From an uncultured Actinomycetes bacterium (GTDB lineage Bacteria; Actinomycetota; UBA4738; HRBIN12), in contig CAWBOB010000005.1 of the NCBI GenBank assembly GCA_963790335.1, positions 11,570 to 75,569 of the forward strand: a stretch of DNA of 64,000 nucleotides. Direction: 5' to 3'. This document shows, in pieces, positions 63,984-64,000 of the stretch; within the stretch, counting starts at the first letter, position 1, and the number at the start of each line of letters is the position of its first letter. A model generated the notes under the pieces. That model was not told where the DNA came from and did no database searches. It saw only the letters and a list, made by a program, of their open reading frames with translations. The translations under genes and the position numbers were made by a program.

Positions 63984-64000
63984 GAGGTGGCGGCGTCGGT

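Noticed and set aside
1-64000. Search for mobile elements, prophage genes, rRNA or tRNA
   Set aside because: No transposase, integrase or recombinase motifs, terminal inverted repeats, phage structural genes or stable-RNA signatures were recognised in either strand's translations or in the intergenic regions. This is an absence of evidence from reading by eye only.

Overview
GC-rich actinobacterial-type chromosomal segment (by eye about two-thirds or more G+C, not computed) with roughly 65 recognisable genes. I recognised no rRNA, tRNA, CRISPR array, transposase or integrase. All family calls come from motifs read in my own translations, not from database searches. Main content: (i) many secreted beta-propeller proteins: five PD40/TolB-like paralogues, two RCC1-repeat proteins and a ~1460-codon GH5-RCC1-FN3-PD40 mosaic; (ii) a cyanophycin locus (cphB-cphA) with a convergent cphA paralogue that has the N and Mur-ligase domains but no ATP-grasp domain; (iii) a small island at 24.4-28.2 kb holding an orphan PD-(D/E)xK-like protein, a 60-aa acidic protein, an RHH/MazF toxin-antitoxin pair and an RqlH-type RecQ helicase with a ComF/PRTase-like tail; (iv) an overlapping XRE-HTH plus minimal nucleotidyltransferase pair; (v) transporters (MMPL, SulP-STAS-cNMP, ABC-2 exporter) and enzymes (arginine deiminase read in frame with a methyltransferase, sulfatase, M19 dipeptidase, GT4 plus clan GH-A hydrolase, DEAD-box helicase, JmjC/cupin-4, sucrase-ferredoxin-like); (vi) a ~0.7 kb direct duplication bracketing PD40-PD40-MMPL, and gene remnants (DUF262/GmrSD-like, NnrD-like, VOC, SnoaL-like) in a lower-GC patch at 3-13 kb. 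The strongest window-wide signal is about 25 reading-frame breaks in about 20 otherwise well-conserved genes, nearly all of +1 type. This looks more like consensus or assembly indels than decay, but it must be checked against reads. Interrupted genes are given as single full-span CDS with the break position noted.
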